Source: Azolla caroliniana (Eukaryota; Plantae; Polypodiophyta). Taken from it: 11,467 nt of DNA. A model generated the notes under the pieces. That model was not told the origin of the DNA, did not search any database, and was given only the letters and a program-made list of their open reading frames with translations. The stretch's first letter is position 1, and the number at the start of each line of letters is the position of its first letter. The stretch lies in the NCBI GenBank assembly GCA_043228905.1, contig JBHGNT010001156.1, positions 1 through 11,467 of the forward strand. The letters run 5' to 3'. Made by a program: the position numbers and the translations under genes. Of this stretch, positions 8,618 to 11,467 are shown in pieces.

Positions 8618-8785
8618 TCCTCTATGTTCCCTTTAGATTTATTAACAGTAACAAATCTTTAGAATTTGGGGAATATTAAGAAAAGGGCAAAACGTGCATA
8701 GTCCTCTATGTTCCCTTTAGATTTATTAACAGTAACAAATCTTTAGAATTTGGGGAATATTAAGAAAAGGGCAAAACGTGCATAG
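8618..8785 (+). repeat. Perfect 84-bp tandem duplication
   Basis: 8618-8701 is identical to 8702-8785; only one unit is present in copy 1 (~1810-1892). Confidence 0.95.
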
Positions 8786-9819
8786 TTATTACTGCATCAA
8801 ACATCTAAAGAACAAGTAATGGTTAATGGAACAATGACAAGGCTATGATTGTGAATAGTTAGAAAATGCTTAAGGAGTTGTTATGGCTACTTGTTCTAGC
8901 CACGCATGCTAGCCACTAAAATACGTTGACATGATGCATGTCCAACCTAAATGATTATATAAACATATGTTTAGGTAAGTGTCACTTGTTCTAAAATCTA
9001 AAGTTGTGGATACAGGTTGTCATATAATTAGATTATCACAAGGAAAAATATTGCCTCCTCTATAGGCGTTCTTTCTCTAGGTCTACTTGGCAAGTTTGAA
9101 GGTGTGCAAAATCCTTTTCTTATAAAGTGTCTTCGAGTTAATATATTGACAAAATAGATGTTTCAACTTCTAGTAAGATCTCTTCTAGTTGAGGTACTAG
9201 GAATGGAGAGTGTTGTAGAATTCATAATCAATATTTGAGTTAGACATCGTAGAACTTGTTGTTGTCAAATTCTTAATCTCTAGAAAAAAACAAGTTTGAA
9301 CACTTAAGGAAAATAATTAACTACATTGATTTGCAAGATAATATGATGGCGCTTAATTGCCAAAGTTCTATCAATACTTGGATTACCACATGTCGCTACT
9401 GTTCAAGTAAAATGATATCTATTAATGTTAAGGTAAGGAGAAAAGAAGATGTATATTGTGTTGGTTCAAGGTGTAGACTGAATTGAGCACACATCTTGAA
9501 TCTTAGAGAAGTCATGATTCCCTGCCAATGTCACATTATGAGACCAAACAATTCTTTAAACTATTGTTAATGACACAAGAAAGAATGATTATCACCATCT
9601 AATGTTTCTAAGATACTAGCAATCACATTAATAACATAGACAAACTCTACGAAAATCTCACAATGATAATTTAACGAAGGGACGAAGGACTTAATCTGAA
9701 TGCTTAAAGTACTTAAATGGCAAGAAAAAACACAAAGAGAATAGCCACATTAGTGTTATTTAAGTTAACCATGCTCAATACAAATGATTAACATAAGGCT
9801 TTCCATAAAGCATATCTTA

Positions 9820-9847
9820 TGTGTGTGTGTGTGTGAGAGAGAGAGAG
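9820..9847 (+). repeat. Compound microsatellite (TG)8(AG)6
   Basis: Directly visible. Confidence 0.9.
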
Positions 9848-10093
9848 GGGGAGGGGGAGAGGACCTCAAGTCTAAAGTGAGGAAGGAAAGTGAAGAATAG
9901 TAGGGGAAGAGCCAAAATGTCGGGTTTATATGTAATTAAGTGCTTTTATAATTGTCTTGTTCCATGTTATGGGGATAAAGACCCTTTCATGTTCTCTCTC
10001 TCTCTATTTCTTACATTCTTAGTGGCATGGTGTTGTACTACTAACTATAGGTCTTGGTTTCAATCTCACCAAGTGAGCTAAATCCATTTGGGT

Positions 10094-10094
<1 letters not shown>

Positions 10095-10137
<43 letters not shown>

Positions 10138-10138
10138 A
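10095..10138 (+). repeat. Compound microsatellite (CT)9(CA)13
   Basis: Directly visible. Confidence 0.9.
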
Positions 10139-10499
10139 TGCACACCACTACGTTTTTTCCTCATGTCAATGTTCATGTGATTGAAGTGTTCAACATCCCT
10201 CATGACCTAACGAGTACACAATTTAGGGGCATTGCTTCACATAATGACAACGTGGAGTTTTCAGGCTCGAGAAACCATCACACATCTAGAGTGACATACA
10301 TAGTTGTGAACTGGACACTTCAATCTAATACTTGGTCTCAGACCTCGGTCATAGAGAACAACTAGATAAATCCTTAGGAAAAACTTAGAAAGTTATGAGA
10401 AAATAATACTTTAAGAGTAAAAAAGGACGACGACATAATATTCAAACATATATCACACATAAAAGGCAAAACAATGAGCTTTTCACACCCTCACATTCT

Positions 10500-11160
10500 C
10501 ACCTCGAACTTGAGCCTTAGCTTTTGTGAGAATATTTACAATTTAGTGAGGTAAGTTTGATCTGATAAACTTTTCATGAAAATAATGATAGTAAACTTGT
10601 ACATGTTTGGTTCTGACATAAAAAGTGGATTTTTTGCTAGTGTCGTGGAGCTCATTTTATTGTGGAATATCTGAATTAACCTTTATAGGAAAAATAATTC
10701 CAAGATCTCTTAGCAACATCTTTATCCATACAACTTTGTAGGTTGCTTATGCTACGACTTTGTTCTAAGCTTCAATGGTGCTTAAGGCAATTGTTGTTTC
10801 ATGGATACCCACAATAATACTACATGTTGAATAAACCCACCAATTAAAGTGTGCTTTTTCTTGATGTTTTATCCCTTGCCTAGGTTGCACCACAATGTAA
10901 ATTGAAGTGAAAATTTATAATTCATATATGCTAATCCAAAATTTATGCATAATCCTTTGCAACAAGGCTTTATATTAATTAATTGTATCATAAAAATCAT
11001 ACTTTACCTCATAGATCCACCTACAACAGATTGAAAATTGACTATCGATTCTAAGTATTATTTCTCATGTGCCATTTAATATATCCATTTCTTCTTGCAC
11101 AACATCTCATAGTTTGTCTTTACAATATGTATTCTCACAAGAACTCAATTCAATGAAATT
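10500..11160 (-). mobile_element. Degenerate Ty1/copia retrotransposon pol remnant (start of RT fused to RNase H; many stops and frameshifts)
   Basis: Manual minus-strand translation. RT N-terminus: KL*DVVQEEMDILNGT*E..CCRWIYEVKY..YKA/LVAKDYA*/FGLAY, matching WxxAMxEEMxxLxxNxTW..GCRWIYKxK..YKARLVAKGYxQxxGxDY. RNase H: CGAT*ARDKTSRKST, TIALSTIEA*, WIKMLLRDLG, LAKNPLF/YVRTKHVQVYYHYFHEK, NILTKA, matching DADWAGD..RKST, ALSTxEAEY, NPxFHxRTKH. A weak PPT-like GAGAATGTGAGGG followed by TG lies at ~10500-10484. Confidence 0.88.
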
Positions 11161-11467
11161 TTCAATTTTGGCATAAACAAATAGAATTGGTGCAAATAAT
11201 GACTCCTTTGTCTATGGTGGAATGATTTTGTTCCACTTGGTCGAGTTGACAACTAGTAAATCTGATGGTAAAATCCATTGACATGATGCCATTGGTAAAG
11301 GCCAAAGTGTCCATATGAACATGAAACTTTAGCTCCAAATTAATTGACCCGATTATAGAAGCCCATGCTAAACACATTTTGATAGTGTCGAAATCTCATG
11401 ATCATTCTTTTGTCTAAACATATTTTTCAAGTAGCTAATAGCGATGAATCTCGTGCCATAAATGCTT

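Larger units (their letters stand above)
7666..10652. repeat. Tandem segmental duplication, copy 2 (~2987 bp; retains empty insertion sites)
   Basis: Collinear with 886-7651 after removal of the hAT, LINE and solo-LTR insertions. Separated from copy 1 by 14 bp (TTGAATCAACCTCT, 7652-7665). Confidence 0.93.

Noticed and set aside
886-10652. The two long repeats as paired LTRs of one retrotransposon, or as tandem Helitrons (CTAG at 7664-7667)
   Set aside because: They are only 14 bp apart, lack TG..CA ends, PBS and TSD, and one end falls within RNase H coding sequence. No GC-rich hairpin precedes the CTAG.
11162-11377. 71-aa minus-strand ORF and the other short ORFs in the track (558-767, 1770-1952, 2470-2682, 2701-2919, 4738-5100, 5562-5819, 6354-6557, 7005-7196, 9890-10081)
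   Set aside because: No recognisable motifs. They lie in repeats, cross TE junctions or are antisense shadows of other features.

Overview
AT-rich, repeat-dense eukaryotic (land-plant-like) DNA with no intact cellular gene. The backbone is an old head-to-tail tandem duplication of a ~3 kb unit (copy 1 = 886-7651, copy 2 = 7666-10652). Its right end cuts through the RNase H region of a decayed minus-strand Ty1/copia pol remnant (~10500-11160). Copy 1 carries three insertions whose empty target sites are visible in copy 2. (i) A 2376-bp non-autonomous hAT-type DNA transposon (1900-4275; perfect 16-bp TIRs, 8-bp TSD, CCGG-rich subtermini) holds an open 288-aa ORF resembling the N-terminal half of the plant At5g39865/At3g28850-like glutaredoxin-domain family, i.e. 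a Pack-hAT. (ii) A 5'-truncated LINE 3' end (4947-5261, ~21-bp TSD). (iii) A 770-bp solo LTR (5383-6152, 5-bp TSD) with internal hairpin-rich ~110-bp repeats. There is also a tandem trimer of a tRNA-derived SINE-like unit (6751-7086, minus strand), a perfect 84-bp duplication ending at the empty hAT site, and several microsatellites. Family assignments come from motif recognition by eye, not from database searches. I see no support for a wholly new enzymatic system; the gene-capturing hAT element is the most notable object.
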